Source: Octopus sinensis (taxonomy: Eukaryota). Taken from it: DNA of 64,000 nt. The notes under the pieces are model-generated. The model was given only the letters and a program-made list of their open reading frames with translations. It had not been told where the DNA came from and did no database searches. Location: contig NC_043005.1 of the NCBI RefSeq assembly GCF_006345805.1, forward strand, positions 55,924,001-55,988,000, in the 5' to 3' direction. Both the position numbers and the translations under genes were made by a program. The stretch's first letter is position 1. Each line of letters begins with the position of its first letter. This document shows, in pieces, positions 1 to 12,559 of the stretch.

Positions 1-1070
1 ACTCTGCCATCTATCTGGTAGACTTGCAAGACCCTACTTCCAAAATTCACTTGTCTATGACGAAAAACACTCCTCCTGTGTTGTTCTCACCTTAGCTACA
101 GAATTCATATTTTTCTATCCAAATGATTTTGAAAGCTGCTGAATAAATGATAATGAGATGGGGCAATCTCCTGTGAATATGGTGAATGGGGCATCGTTTC
201 CCATTCAAACTGCTCCACCCTTTGGAATGTCATCCTCACTGTATGTGACTGAGTATTATCCTGTTGGAAGAACACCTTTCATCTTGAAACCAAAGATGGT
301 CATTTTTCTTCAAACACTGATTTGAGCTGCTGAAGCTGCTCACAGCAGATCTCCTTTGTTATTTTGATTAGGGTTTAAATGTTCAAAGTGGACTAAACCT
401 TTCATATCCCACCAAACAGATAACAATACCTTTTCATGGGTGAAAACCTTTAGCCTGGGGTGCCAATGTTTCTCCTTTCCCGCCCCACTGTCGCAGCACT
501 TGACATTTTTATAGAGAACCCATTTCTCACAACCAGTCACTATTCCATCCAAAAAGGGTTCACTTGTGTGACATGACAGCAAAGAAGAGCGCACATTCCC
601 TCTCTACATGCGATTAGACTTGGAAGATTTGTGAGAAACCCATTGACCCAATTTGCTGACTTTTTCAATGGCACGCAGGTGTCAATGAATGGTTGAATGA
701 CCAAATCTGCTGGTTCCTCAACAGCTACAATGGGATTTTGTTTCACCAGGGTTTACAGTACACCCTCATCAAGCTCTACAGATAATCCAGGATGAAACTC
801 ATCTTCTAGGCTGTAGTTTCCAGCTCAAAATTTCTTGAACCACTTTTGACACTGGCTTATATTTATTGTCCAATCCCCATATACTGCAATAATATTCTGT
901 GCACTTTTCATTGCATTGTTGCCTTTATTGAACTCATGTAAAAAAATGTGCTGAATTAGCTCCTTTGCCACTTCCATTATAGCTTTGAAAAAATAGCGGT
1001 TAAAATCGAACTGCACTCTTTGAAACTTGCACTAAGAATAAGCACAAGGTAAAATTACTACCTGCTTTTA
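1..1070 (-). mobile_element. Decayed mariner transposon (transposase pseudogene; 3' end runs off window)
   Basis: Minus-strand fragments IQHIFLHEFNKGNNA...QCQKWFKKF (HTH), EPFLDGIVTGCEKWVLY, KVLLSVWWDMKGLVHFEHL, QQDNTQSH and WETMPHSPYS match mariner transposase motifs, with multiple frameshifts and stops. Confidence 0.9.
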
Positions 1071-1184
1071 CAGCAGGTTGATGCAGGTACTTTATCCCAT
1101 CCCCTTCTAACTTTCAGCTCATGTAATTGAAAAAACTGCATTATTTATGGGATGACCCAATATATATATTTATATATATATTGA

Positions 1185-1325
1185 TCAGGTTTCTGTATAG
1201 TACCTGTCTGCCAAATTCACCTACAAGGCATTTGTTGATCCAAGGTTATATATAATAGAAGACAGTTGCCCAAAGTGTCACATAGGAGAACTGAACCTGA
1301 AACCACATGGTTGTAAACTTCAGTC
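1185..1325 (-). mobile_element. SINE family B fragment
   Basis: Reverse complement matches the ...ccacatggtt.caggttcagt...ttgggcaa.tgtcttcta... family seen more than 10 times in the window. Confidence 0.75.
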
Positions 1326-1859
1326 CATGCAACTACCTTTAGTCCATGCAACTGCTTTCAGTCTTGACCACTATCTTTAGCCCTGACTATTTTTTTCTGC
1401 TTCATGTTGAATTGCCATCTTCAACCCAGAACTGTACAATTGTCCCTGAACACTACCTTTATGCATGACTCAGTTTCTACCCACCCAATTCAGTCTAGTT
1501 ACAGAAACAAAATTGTCAAGTATACAAGGTGTGGAACTACCAATTCATTCAGCTCTTGAGTTCCTTTTAACTGCAGGAAATCAGTTGCATCATTGGGAAA
1601 TCACAATTCGGCTATGTCAGTTTTTCTATCTATGGTGAACATACACCAGAACTTCTGGAGAATTTTATTGTGATAGACTGTTCTCTTAACCTGAGAAGAT
1701 GCATCTTACATCGAATTAAGGTTATAAAACTAAAGCCATCAATGCTATAGCTCCTCCAGAGATCTTGGGGGTGAGACCAATAACAATTGCTGCTTGTCTT
1801 TTTCAATTTGTTTCGTGTTTCATTTTTAAGTACAGGAAGGCACAACAAAGTGCAAATGT

Positions 1860-3000
1860 ATTGAGAGAAAAGTTGGGCATAAGAGGAATCAAATGTAGCA
1901 TTGAAGAGAGAGGCTACGTTGGTTTAGACATGTGATTTGAACATACGAATGAGGACAGCTGCATAAAGAAGTGCCGGTCACTGAAAGTGGATGGTACCTG
2001 CGGGAGAGGAAGACCCAGGAAGACATAGAATGAAGTTGTAAGGACTAATCTCAGGATACTGGGCCCCACGGAGGAAATGACAATGGACTGAGATATCTAG
2101 CAATATGAGGTTCTTGAGAAGACCTGCCCCCACATTAGTGAAACTGAGTTCTAGAAGTGCTGTGTCCCACCTACACTTAAGAAAACTTCCCACACATTCT
2201 ACTACAATTTATCAGACTACATCTCAACATCTCTTCACTTCCTCACATTTCCACTTCATGCACTATGCCTACCTTCCACTTGCCAATCCTGCCCTCTTGG
2301 CCCTGTCCCACTGCATCATTGCTCTCTGCTAACCCCAGACTTGTGTGTTCCACCCACATGCCCTGTCTCACTGTATCATTGATATCTGCTAGCACCTGAC
2401 CTGTGTGTTCCACCCACATGTAACAAGAAAACTTTTCACACACCCTACCCCAACAAACCAACCTACATTTCTACATACCTTCCATTCCTCACATTTTCTT
2501 CTTCATACACTATGCCTACCTCTCACTCCCCAATCCTGTCCTCACAGCCCTTTGAGTATGCCTTGCACTTTGCCACCATCTCTATCCTGTTGTCTCCCAC
2601 TATCTCTCTCTCTCTCTCTCTCTCTCCTTTCCCTGCACTTCCCTCAAGTTGGGTAACCATGTATTTCCTTTGTGGAAGTACGTCAGTTTCCATCCTCATT
2701 CCTCTTCTCTCTCTCCCCCCCCTCCCAGCCAGCTAACTTTCTTGTACCTCTTCTACAGCAAAACACCTGTTTCTGTCTCTCTGTCTCACTATAACCTTTC
2801 ATCATCTAACACAAGATCACCTCCTCAGATGCCCCTCCCTTCTCAAAAGAGAGTTTTTTTTGCATAGCAAGTTATTCAGTGACCCTGTCAGTGTAGATGT
2901 CACTTAAAAGCACCCAGTCTACACTGTAATGTTTTTGGCATTTGGAAGGGCATCCAGCTGTAAAAACCTTGCCAAAATTGACCCTGCCTGTGCTTGTGCC
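1860..3000 (+). mobile_element. RTE-type LINE 3' end with CT-rich 3' UTR (contains a 60-bp tandem duplication at about 2301-2420)
   Basis: Decayed C-terminal RTE coding (...CGRGRPRKT), then gagaagacc...agtgaaactgagttctagaagt, a CT-rich tract and the gtaaaaagcacc/gaagggcatcc tail. Same architecture as 26065-27050. Confidence 0.75.
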
Positions 3001-3059
3001 ACATTCAAAGCTTACACTGGGTACATCTTATGGAGTGTCTACCTATGCCTTTTCTACAG

Positions 3060-3480
3060 ATCAAGCAAGGCTACCTACCAGAAGGGATTTGTGGTTTGTC
3101 TGCCTTCCTACTTATTAAGACTTTGGTTTTTGCTATATTGACTCTAAGGCCCTTCGACTCTAGACCAAACTTCCACACCTGAAACTTCTCCTCTAGTTCT
3201 GCTAGTGACTCAGCTATTAAGGCAAGGTCATCAGCATAGAGAAGCTCCCAGGGCCATCCTGTCTTGAATTCCTCTGTTATTGCCTGGAGGACTATGATGA
3301 ATAACACATCCTTGGTGGACCCCTACTCCTACCCGGAATTCTTCACTGTACTCATCGCCAACCCTCACCATGCAGACAGCATCCCTGTACATGGCTTGTA
3401 CAGCTCTCACTAACCACTCATCTATTCCTAGTTTATCATATATATTTATCATCATAGAACAATGGCATTTCTGGTAACAC
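3060..3480 (-). mobile_element. RTE LINE reverse-transcriptase fragment
   Basis: ORFs give KLGIDEWLVRAVQAMYRDAVCMVRVGDEYSEEFRVGVGVHQG and FKTGWPWELLYADDLALIAES...LRVNIAKTK (RT YADD motif), with an internal deletion or frameshift. Confidence 0.92.
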
Positions 3481-3496
3481 ATCAAAGTGCCTATTT

Positions 3497-3725
3497 TTCT
3501 TATTTCTTTATTGCCCACAAGGGTCTAAATGCAGTGGGGGCAAACAAGGACAGACAAAGGGATTAAGTTTATTACATTGACCTTAGTTCGTAACTGGTAC
3601 TTAATTTATTGACCCTGAAAGGATAAAAGGCAAAGTTAACCTCGGCGGAATTTGAACTTAGAATGTAACAGCAGACGAAATTCCACTAAGCATTTTGCCC
3701 GGTGTGCTAATGTTTCTGCCAGTTG
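3497..3725 (-). mobile_element. SINE family A (tRNA-like head, gtcgactttgcctttcatccttt core)
   Basis: Reverse complement matches the near-intact copy at 19435-19655. Confidence 0.85.
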
Positions 3726-4570
3726 CTGTCTATTTTTCTGTCATCTCAAATGATTAACATGTGGGCTCTTTATTGCTCAAAATCTCCTTAAAGAAAAAAT
3801 ACAACCTGTTTTCTTAGAAATGGGTAAGTCACATTGGATAATGTAGTTTCTAGATATATTCTTAAAAAAAGGCTTGATGGTCACAATATGAATGCTTTTG
3901 ATCTGAGCTGTATTCAAATCGTGGCTGACCTGGGGGAAAACAACAACAATAACATGAACTGCTTTCAGTGAGAATAGCAACAAGAGATTTGAAAGGAAAA
4001 GCGTCAATTGTCTCCGTCTAAAAAAAGGAAAAAATAAGAGATAACCATTAGGAAACAACAAAGGAAGGAAGAAGTTATTGTATATGCATTGATACAGAAT
4101 GAAAACGCTGAAATTAATTTTAAAATAATGTCTTTCATTCTCCTTCATTTCTTATTCATAGTGCTGAAGTAAAAGTAGAAATATTTTTAAACATTCATTT
4201 ACTTTATTCAATAATCTACTTCAGCCTGCAGCATTTGTCTCTGGACGCAATATGACCTTGGCCATCTTCCAAAGATTTGCAGGTCAGTTCTTGCTGTATG
4301 AGAAATAATGGAAACAAAACTTTGTTAATCTAAATCTTTTTTTGCTGCATTTGTATGTATAAATCTTGTAATGTGTTTGTGCATATAAACCTTTATATGT
4401 GTTTGTGTGTGTAAAAATGCGTGTAAAAACGTGTAAAGTGCTTGTATATATATATAAAAATGTGTATATGCATATAAAAATGTAAGTAAAATTGAAAGTA
4501 TTTAAAAGGTATATACATATGTAAAAATATATATATGTGTATCTGTCTATGTATCATATTTAATGTATAT

Positions 4571-4852
4571 ACACCATTGATAGCACAGTACTGCAGTATT
4601 TATCCTGAGATAACATCAGTTGTGGACTTGATGTGTTAAAAACGCAATAAATATTAGAGAGCAGCAAAAATTCATCCCAGCAGTGACTAGCAAGAACACC
4701 AGATGTCTTTCAGCCTTTTTAGATCTTTTTAATCGAGCCTTCTGAAAGCCAACCACAAAAGGCTCAGACTTTTGTTGGGTTTTTAACACAGCAAATCCAT
4801 AGAAGATGTCAGTTCGTGACAAATACTACAGTAACTAGCCTATCAATGGTGT
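4571..4852. mobile_element. MITE with about 85-bp imperfect terminal inverted repeats
   Basis: acaccattgatag...actgcagtattt...tgtgttaaaaac on the left is mirrored by gtttttaacaca...aaatactacagt...ctatcaatggtgt on the right. Confidence 0.75.
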
Positions 4853-5349
4853 GCATACATTAAGTATGGTACATAGATTGCTATTTTAATTAGACACCAC
4901 CTCAACTGAATGTGTGTATGTATGCAGAATCTGTATATAAATGTCTCTTAAGGTCTGAAAAACCTTCACAAATCTGTGTTTTGCTCCATCTTAAGGGATG
5001 GTGCTAAACCTGTTTAAGGGTTACAGATTAATTCTAGTTTAAGGCTTTGTGTTTACTTCCTTTCTAAGAGTTATAGTTTGGCTCTAGTTTTAGAGTTGTT
5101 ACATACCTCAAGACTACAACTTGATGCTTAGTTTGCAATTCAAACACTTAGAGGCTGTGGAGTTTGGTTACATAAATAAGGCAAGGGACTTTTAAATACT
5201 ACTTAATTGTCTTAGATTCATCACAGTAAAGTTCTGAACATTAATTTGAGTGGGAGTATTGGATAGTTCAGAGTACAATGGTTTTGTGAAGTACCCTCCA
5301 TAAGGCTGTGGCTACAGTACTGAAAGAAGATAGTGACAGCGGCTACACT

Positions 5350-5670
5350 ATTAAAGTCATTAATTTCTTATGTTTAATTTTATTTCATTCCTGATTTACA
5401 CTGTGTTGTATATAAAATAGATGTAGTTATCTTAATAACTATCAAAAGCACAGATGTGCATCATCAGGCTAATTCATTATGACTGTTTTATACAGCAGCT
5501 GACCTATGATATAGATTATGGAAATAAATTAACTTCATTTTCTCTGAAGAGCAGTCAACAAACCTTGAAACAGTCCATCAAAAAACTCCCTTACTTTATT
5601 TTTCCCATATCAGTAGCATAAAAAGAATGAGTTTACATTCTTATTTAACACACAATGAGGCTTTGTAGTG
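5350..5670 (+). mobile_element. Probable Penelope-like terminal-repeat remnant with decayed hammerhead motif
   Basis: CTGAAGA gcag...GAAACAGTC at about 5552-5585, resembling the other PLE-end motifs in the window. Confidence 0.4.
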
Positions 5671-5757
5671 TTTAGATTTATTTCAGTTCTCCTGATTTAT
5701 GGTATGTTGGGCATAGAATATAAATGTATTTATACATATAGACGTAAGTGTGTATAC

Positions 5758-5845
<88 letters not shown>

Positions 5846-5935
5846 ATATACACACCAGCAGAAGAACCCAGTTTCATTCAGGTTATACTCATAGTTTTAA
5901 CACAGTACTCATTGCTTGTAGTGTAATTTGGTTAT

Positions 5936-6439
5936 GTAAATATTTTATAAAAGGCCTGTTCGCACCTCGGTGTGAAATAATTTTTTTCTATAAATTTTCC
6001 CAAGTGCATGCAACGTATCTTACCTCTAAGCCTGCCAAAGTCACATTTTTCCAGAAAAGAAAGTAGGGAGGAGTGGTGGGGACCTTTGAGTTTCCCACCA
6101 ATAGAGTTTTCTGCTCCAGGTTTTTGTTATTCTTTTCCAAGTCATTTCACAAACTTTCAATGAGTGTGACATCAAAATAACATGTAAACAGCTTCTTTCC
6201 CCAGAAAAGGTCAGATTTGCCTGCTATTTCTAGCATGCGCTACTACCATGCAACAGCTTTTTGTGATAAAGGACCCACTGATATTTCACTGTGAAATAAT
6301 TTTTTGACACCTCCCCGCTTTCTTTTCTGAAAAAATGGCGGCAAGTTTGAAGGTTAGATATGTTAAATGTACTCATAAAACCTGTGGAAAAACTTTATTT
6401 CACACCAAGGTATGAACAGATCCTTTACAAAATATTTAC
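5936..6439. mobile_element. Non-autonomous DNA transposon (MITE), about 50-bp TIRs
   Basis: gtaaatattttataaaaggcctgttcgcacctcggtgtgaaataa vs reverse complement of the right end gtaaatattttgtaaaggatctgttcataccttggtgtgaaataa; contains AAAATGGCGGC (YY1-type) at about 6332. Confidence 0.8.
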
Positions 6440-6455
6440 CCATGGTTATTTATTG

Positions 6456-6710
6456 ATACACAATTACACCAGTAGAGAGGATTGCAAACAATGAAAGTAG
6501 CTGTAAAAATTTTTTTGGTACTGGAAATCATTACAGCATTGTTATTTACCGATACACAAATACACCAGTACAGCGATTATGTTTGACCCTTCAGCCTTTC
6601 TGACATTTTGTTTATGAGCTGGTGTACACAAATACACTGGCAAAGAAGATTGTAAACAAGGGAAGTAGCTGTAATAATTTTTTGGTGCCGGACATCATTA
6701 CAAGGGTAAA
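6456..6710 (+). repeat. Degenerate direct repeats (about 85-bp unit)
   Basis: tacacaa.tacac...gattg.aaacaa...aagtagctgtaa.aatttttt.ggt.c.gga.atcattaca occurs at about 6456 and 6622, with a partial copy at 6550. Confidence 0.7.
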
Positions 6711-7074
6711 TGCTAGATAGAATAGTTGACAGAAGGGCAAGAGAAAGATAGAGATGTGACATCATCATCGTTGTGGTATAAAATGTCCTTTACTATCTCA
6801 TATGTAACAAATGTGCAAACACATACACATCCACATACACATACACACTCATATACAAAATGTGACATCATCGTCGTTATGGTATAAGATGTCCTTTACT
6901 ATAGTTGAAAATAGAAAGATTATTTTCAAGCAAATATTATATTGTTTCAATCCAAATGAACATAAAAATTACAGGTTGATCCTCGTGGGTGTGTAATACT
7001 ATTACCTTGTAAAATTGGGTTTGATTTGGTGGAGCCATTTGAGAATGCATAGGGAACAGACAAAGAATTTTATA

Positions 7075-7194
7075 TAGAGAGATACATACATACATGCATA
7101 TATACATATATGCATATGTATACATGAATACATACATACACACATATACATATACATATACATATATATATATATACACACATACATATATATG

Positions 7195-7277
<83 letters not shown>

Positions 7278-8205
7278 TCTGTTTGTGTGTGTGTGTGTGT
7301 ATGCATGTAGGTATATAAATTCCTGTGCTAATTTTAAGGTATGTCTATGTATCCATGTGACCTACACATACATATAAGTATCTATGTATATACATATATA
7401 TGCATGCATGTATATGCATACATGTATGTACGTAAGTATGCATATATATATATGTGTGTATAATATATACACACACACAGATATATATATATATATGCAT
7501 ATATATTACAGTAATTTTATTTATATACAACTGTATATACACACACACGTATTTATGGTATATGTATATGTGGTGTGTATGTATGTATGTATGTATGTAT
7601 GTATGTATGTATGTATGTATGTATGTATGTATGCATGCATGCTTGTATGCATGCTTGTATGTATGTATGTATGTGTGTATGTATGTATGTATATATGTTC
7701 ATATGTCTGTATGCATGTAACCTGTTGTACAAGAGGGGGGACGTATGGCTAACATCTAACAACCAGAATCTATCATTAACTATAATCTCACAGACTCCCA
7801 GTTAAAGAAAGGAACTTAGATATTGATTTGGAAAGGAAATTATTCTTGTATTTATTTAATGTGTTGTTAGAGAAACATCCTTCAGTCAGAAAAATCTATC
7901 ATTAGTATAATTTCAAATATTTATTGGATGCTGTTGCTCTGTTCTTCATCGTATTCCGTTATCTACACTTCTTTCAAGTTCTTTCATGTTATATTTATTC
8001 ATTTACCTATTCTCTTAGTCCAGTTTACTCTATGACAGTTTGGTTTACATATGTATTGGTGCCTATATGCATGTGCGTATGTGTACAGATATATATTGAT
8101 ATATACATATATATGTATGTGTATATATGTGTGTGTGTGTGTGTGCTTATGCACACATACTCATGTAAAATTCATAAATATTTATAATCATATATCTACA
8201 TGTCA

Positions 8206-8258
<53 letters not shown>

Positions 8259-8393
8259 CATATATATATGCATATATGTGCATATGTAGGTGTATGTTTA
8301 ACTGCAAAATATAATTATTTATCTATCTCCCTAATGTCTTCAAAATTAAAATTCTTGTATTCTTATCGAGATAAAATATATGTGAATATTCTT

Positions 8394-8462
<69 letters not shown>

Positions 8463-8720
8463 CATACACACACATACATATATATAAGTATCTATGTATA
8501 TACATATATATGCATGCATGTGTATGCATACATGTATGTACGTCAACCCATGCTAGCATGGAAAACGGACGCTAAACGATGATGATGATGATGATGTGTA
8601 TAATATATACACACACACACATATATATATGCATATATATTACAGTAATTTTATTTATATACAACTGTATCTTTTAAAGAACATGTATGTGTGTATGTGT
8701 GCATATATATATATATTTAT
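7075..8720. repeat. Compound (TA)n/(CA)n/(TATG)n microsatellite fields
   Basis: Directly visible; they generate the many YIYI/VCVC pseudo-ORFs. Confidence 0.95.
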
Positions 8721-9670
8721 AAAATTGTCTTTTAAAGAATCTAAGATCCTCCAAGGACTGTATAAATACCAAAAGCAGGATATTTTATCATGACCGCATT
8801 TTACAAAGTACTTCTTAGAAGGAATTAACTATAAACCACCAGACAGTCAGTAATTCATTCCAGTGTTAGTTATGATGTTTTCAACTTTCATGAAAGACTG
8901 TCTCTGGTTGCTATACAGCTAATAAGCTCCTTTTGATCAACCTCTGTTTTTTCGAAGTCGCATGCTCATTCAGACTTCAATTACATTAAACACAATTACT
9001 AGACTATCTTGTTGACTACACCAGCTTGAAAAAGGAGATATGAATTTAATATTTTGACCAAGTAACCAAGTAACTGAATATCACATGACTTTTACTGTGT
9101 ATCTTATTATATCAATCGTTATTTGGATATACTTTAAGAATTTCATAATACTGTGGTATTCATCTTGAGAAAGCATCTTGTATAAACATATAGAACTAAA
9201 AACCACAGAAATATCAGTAGTGAACAAGTAATGTTCAGTACCAGCCCAGCAGTGGATCCCCCAGATCGTGGGATTTCTTCATGTTTGCGCTTCTTCAGTA
9301 GCAAGTATTCAGTAAAACCATATGCAAGCCAAACTTTGTTTATATTAACATATAGAAAAACAGTGACTGATTAATCACAAGTAGCTAGTAGCATAGTTAA
9401 AAATTAGTTATATGACAAAGAAGTATTAGTATTAAATAACAATCTTTATGTTGTAATTAAAGTGGATGTACTTTAATAAGGCCATAATACTGAAGTACTA
9501 ATCCTGAGAAAATATATATAGAAATATTAGCAATGGACAAGTAGAACTGCATGATCATGTGATTTCTACATCTTTGCACTTCATCATATATCCTCTATCA
9601 CCATATGCAAGCAAAACTTCATCTGTACTGGTATATATATATATTATATATATATATATTTATATATATA

Positions 9671-9716
<46 letters not shown>

Positions 9717-11326
9717 CAGTTGCGGCCAAAATGTTCAGAACGGCATTGTTTTCGTCAGAAAAGTAGGTATAAGTTTTTATCAAAGTTGTTTTATATTCTA
9801 TAATTTTCACAGACAATAAATACGATATTATTTGTTATTGTCTGAGATTTTGGTGTAATTTGAGAGGATAATAAAAAAGTTAACGATGATTTAGTGATTT
9901 ACTGCAAAACCCATGGCGGCCAAAATGATCAGAACAGTTGCTTTTACTCCATGTTTTAGTATATTTAACCGTCGAACTCTAATGTTTTGAATTTGTTTAC
10001 GTGACAGTTCATTTACTAAACATTAGTAAGAATATCTGCAGTGTACTTTGTTAATATAATGCCACTTACTCCGTTACCAATTCGTCAGCAGATTATTAAG
10101 CTTTGAAAGAAGGATAATTTAAGTATTAGGTCTAATGCAAAGATTGTTAACAAGTCAAAAAGTGTTGTTCACGGTATTCTTAAGGTCTACGATGATTGTG
10201 GTTCGTGTGAAGCAAGAAAGTCTACAGGTAGGCCAAGAAAAACGACCAAGAGAGAAGATTGTGCTATGGTAAAGTTGGTTAAAAAGGACAGATTTAAAAT
10301 TGCTGCTGCTATTTTTCAGGAAATGAGCATTGTACTGAAGAAAACTTTATCTCCAAAAACTGTCTCATCCTTTAGTTGAGCATGACCTACAAGCAAGAGC
10401 ACCTGCAGTGAAGCCACTGATCAGCTCCAAGAATAAAAAGTGTTGTCTTACCTTTGCAACCGAACATGTTTTGTGGTCTCAAGAAAAATGGCAAACAGTG
10501 CATTTCAGGGATGAATCTAAGTCTATGTTATTTGGCTCAGATGGGAAAAGCAAGTGAAAAATTGTTACCTAAATGCCTTAAGACTAGTGTTAAATTCGGT
10601 GGAGGAAGTGTCATGGTTTGGGGGGATGATATCTGGAGATGTTGTGGGGCCCTTTGCTGCGATTACATGGAAAGGTAAATGCAGGAGTTTATAAACAACT
10701 TGTAAAAGATCATGTCTTGCCTGTGCTGAGAAATTCAACTAAGCGACCACCCATATTCATGCAGGACAATGCCCCATGTCACAAGGCTTAGGTGGTCATG
10801 AACTTCCTCAAGGCTGAAAAGGTTATTGTTATGGATTGGCCTGCTCAAAGCCCAGACCTCAATCCTATTGAAAATGTGTGGAATATTCTAGGAGAACGTT
10901 TGAAAGCCAGAAATCCTAAAACAACCGAGCAATTATGGAATGCCCTTCAGGAAGAATGGAATAAGATCACCCAGCAAGAAATTGAACATTTAATTTCCCC
11001 ATGCAGTCGAAAATGTCAAACTTTGATTGAAGCTAAAGGGCTTCACACTAAATATGAAATAATTCCAGCATTCTCTGTCACTTTTTGATTATTTTGTTAT
11101 TTTTTCAACCGTTCTGATCATTTTGGCCACCATGGGTTTTGCAGTTAATCACTATATCATCCATAACTTTTGTATAATCCACTCAAATTACACCAAAATC
11201 TCAGACAATACCAATTAATATTGTATTTATTGTTTGTGAAAATTATAGAATATAAAACAACTTTAATAAAAACTTATATCTACTTTTCTGACAAAAACAA
11301 TGCCGTTCTGAACATTTTGGCCGCAA

Positions 11327-11329
<3 letters not shown>
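9717..11329 (+). mobile_element. Full-length Tc1-family transposon, IR/DR type, DD34E, inactivated
   Basis: About 225-bp TIRs (CAGTTGCGGCCAAAATGTTCAGAACGG...), each with an inner direct repeat, flanked by TA within (TA)n. The transposase from ATG 10059 to about 11060 has GRPRK, FRDES, QDNAP and SPDLNPIE (34 residues between D and E), with stops and frameshifts. Confidence 0.97.
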
Positions 11330-11363
<34 letters not shown>

Positions 11364-11639
11364 TAGGTTATAATGACTGCTTTTGCTTCTATCACTAATC
11401 GATTTTTATTCTGCCCACCAGCTACTTGTGACACCAGAAACTGACTAGTCACAGTTTATATATATATATAAATGTGTCTTTCTTCACACACTCTTAGCAA
11501 TAACACACACACACTCACACACGCACACACCACCACCACCACCACAACCATTACCATCAGTTCACACCATCCTAATCTACATCACTATTTTTCCATACTT
11601 GTATATTCATACACCCACAAAAAGCCACACACACACACA

Positions 11640-11990
11640 CACGCACCACTTCTCATCTCATCTCCTAACTTGGACACATTTCTCTACTTGCACATACACA
11701 CCTTCCCCTGCCACCCTTCTTAACTTTCCACCCCACAGAAATGCATTCTCACCTGATTCCTGACCCTTCACACTACTTTTGTCCTTTTCTTTTTTTTTCT
11801 TTTTAAATCTTCTCTCACTGGCTATTCCTCTTTCTCAATCTGACTATCCTTTTCTTCTGATGAAGGGCAAATGTCTGAAATGTTAAGGCTGTTGCTCTTT
11901 TCTTTCAAACCTTATGCTATGACAGTATTTGTTAAACCATATCCCTCTTCTCATGTGTTCATTTCTTTTAGCGCTCATTGCATTTCCTAT
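11640..11990 (+). mobile_element. Penelope-like terminal repeat remnant with decayed minimal hammerhead (11853-11888)
   Basis: CT-rich body followed by tctt CTGATGA A ggg-caaatg-tct GAAA tgtt aagg. Confidence 0.6.
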
Positions 11991-12029
11991 GTGTATATGT
12001 ATATTCATATATATATAATAATCCTTTTT

Positions 12030-12214
12030 TTGGCGGGTGGGGACTGATTGATTACATCAGCCCCAGTCTTTCACTGGTACTTAATTTATCAACCCTGAAA
12101 GGATGAAAGGCAAAGTCAACCTCAACAGAATTTGAACTCAGAATGTAAGGACAGATGAAATGCCGCTAAGCATTTTGCCCAGCATGGTAATGATTCTGCC
12201 AGCTTACCACCATC

Positions 12215-12215
<1 letters not shown>
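12030..12215 (-). mobile_element. SINE family A
   Basis: ggtacttaatttatcaaccctgaaaggatgaaaggcaaagtcaacctc...aatttgaactcagaa...gcattttgccc. Confidence 0.85.
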
Positions 12216-12253
<38 letters not shown>

Positions 12254-12559
12254 AATATCAACAAAATAAAAAGCAGGGGAGCACAATAAAAATGGCACAA
12301 GTAATGGAAAAAAAATCCAATGTTTTGGATAGAGTCCTTCTTCAAGAAAATGTAGACAATTAAAGAGAGACCTTACAGCTTTACATCCTCACAGAGGCCT
12401 TAAATTGGCCTGGAGCTTTAATAGAAAACACATGTCTAGGACTGGACCTGAGATCGTATGATTGGAAAGCAAACATCTTAACCACACAACCCCCCCACAC
12501 ACACACAGATATTTATTGTGTAGTATAGTTTTCCTGAAGCATTGTCTGATATATATAAA

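Noticed and set aside
6937-8793. Numerous YIYI/VCVC/HTHT ORFs (also at 23.2-23.5, 28.0-28.4, 40.6-40.9 and 52.4-52.9 kb)
   Set aside because: Translations of di- and tetranucleotide microsatellites; open only because the repeats lack stops.
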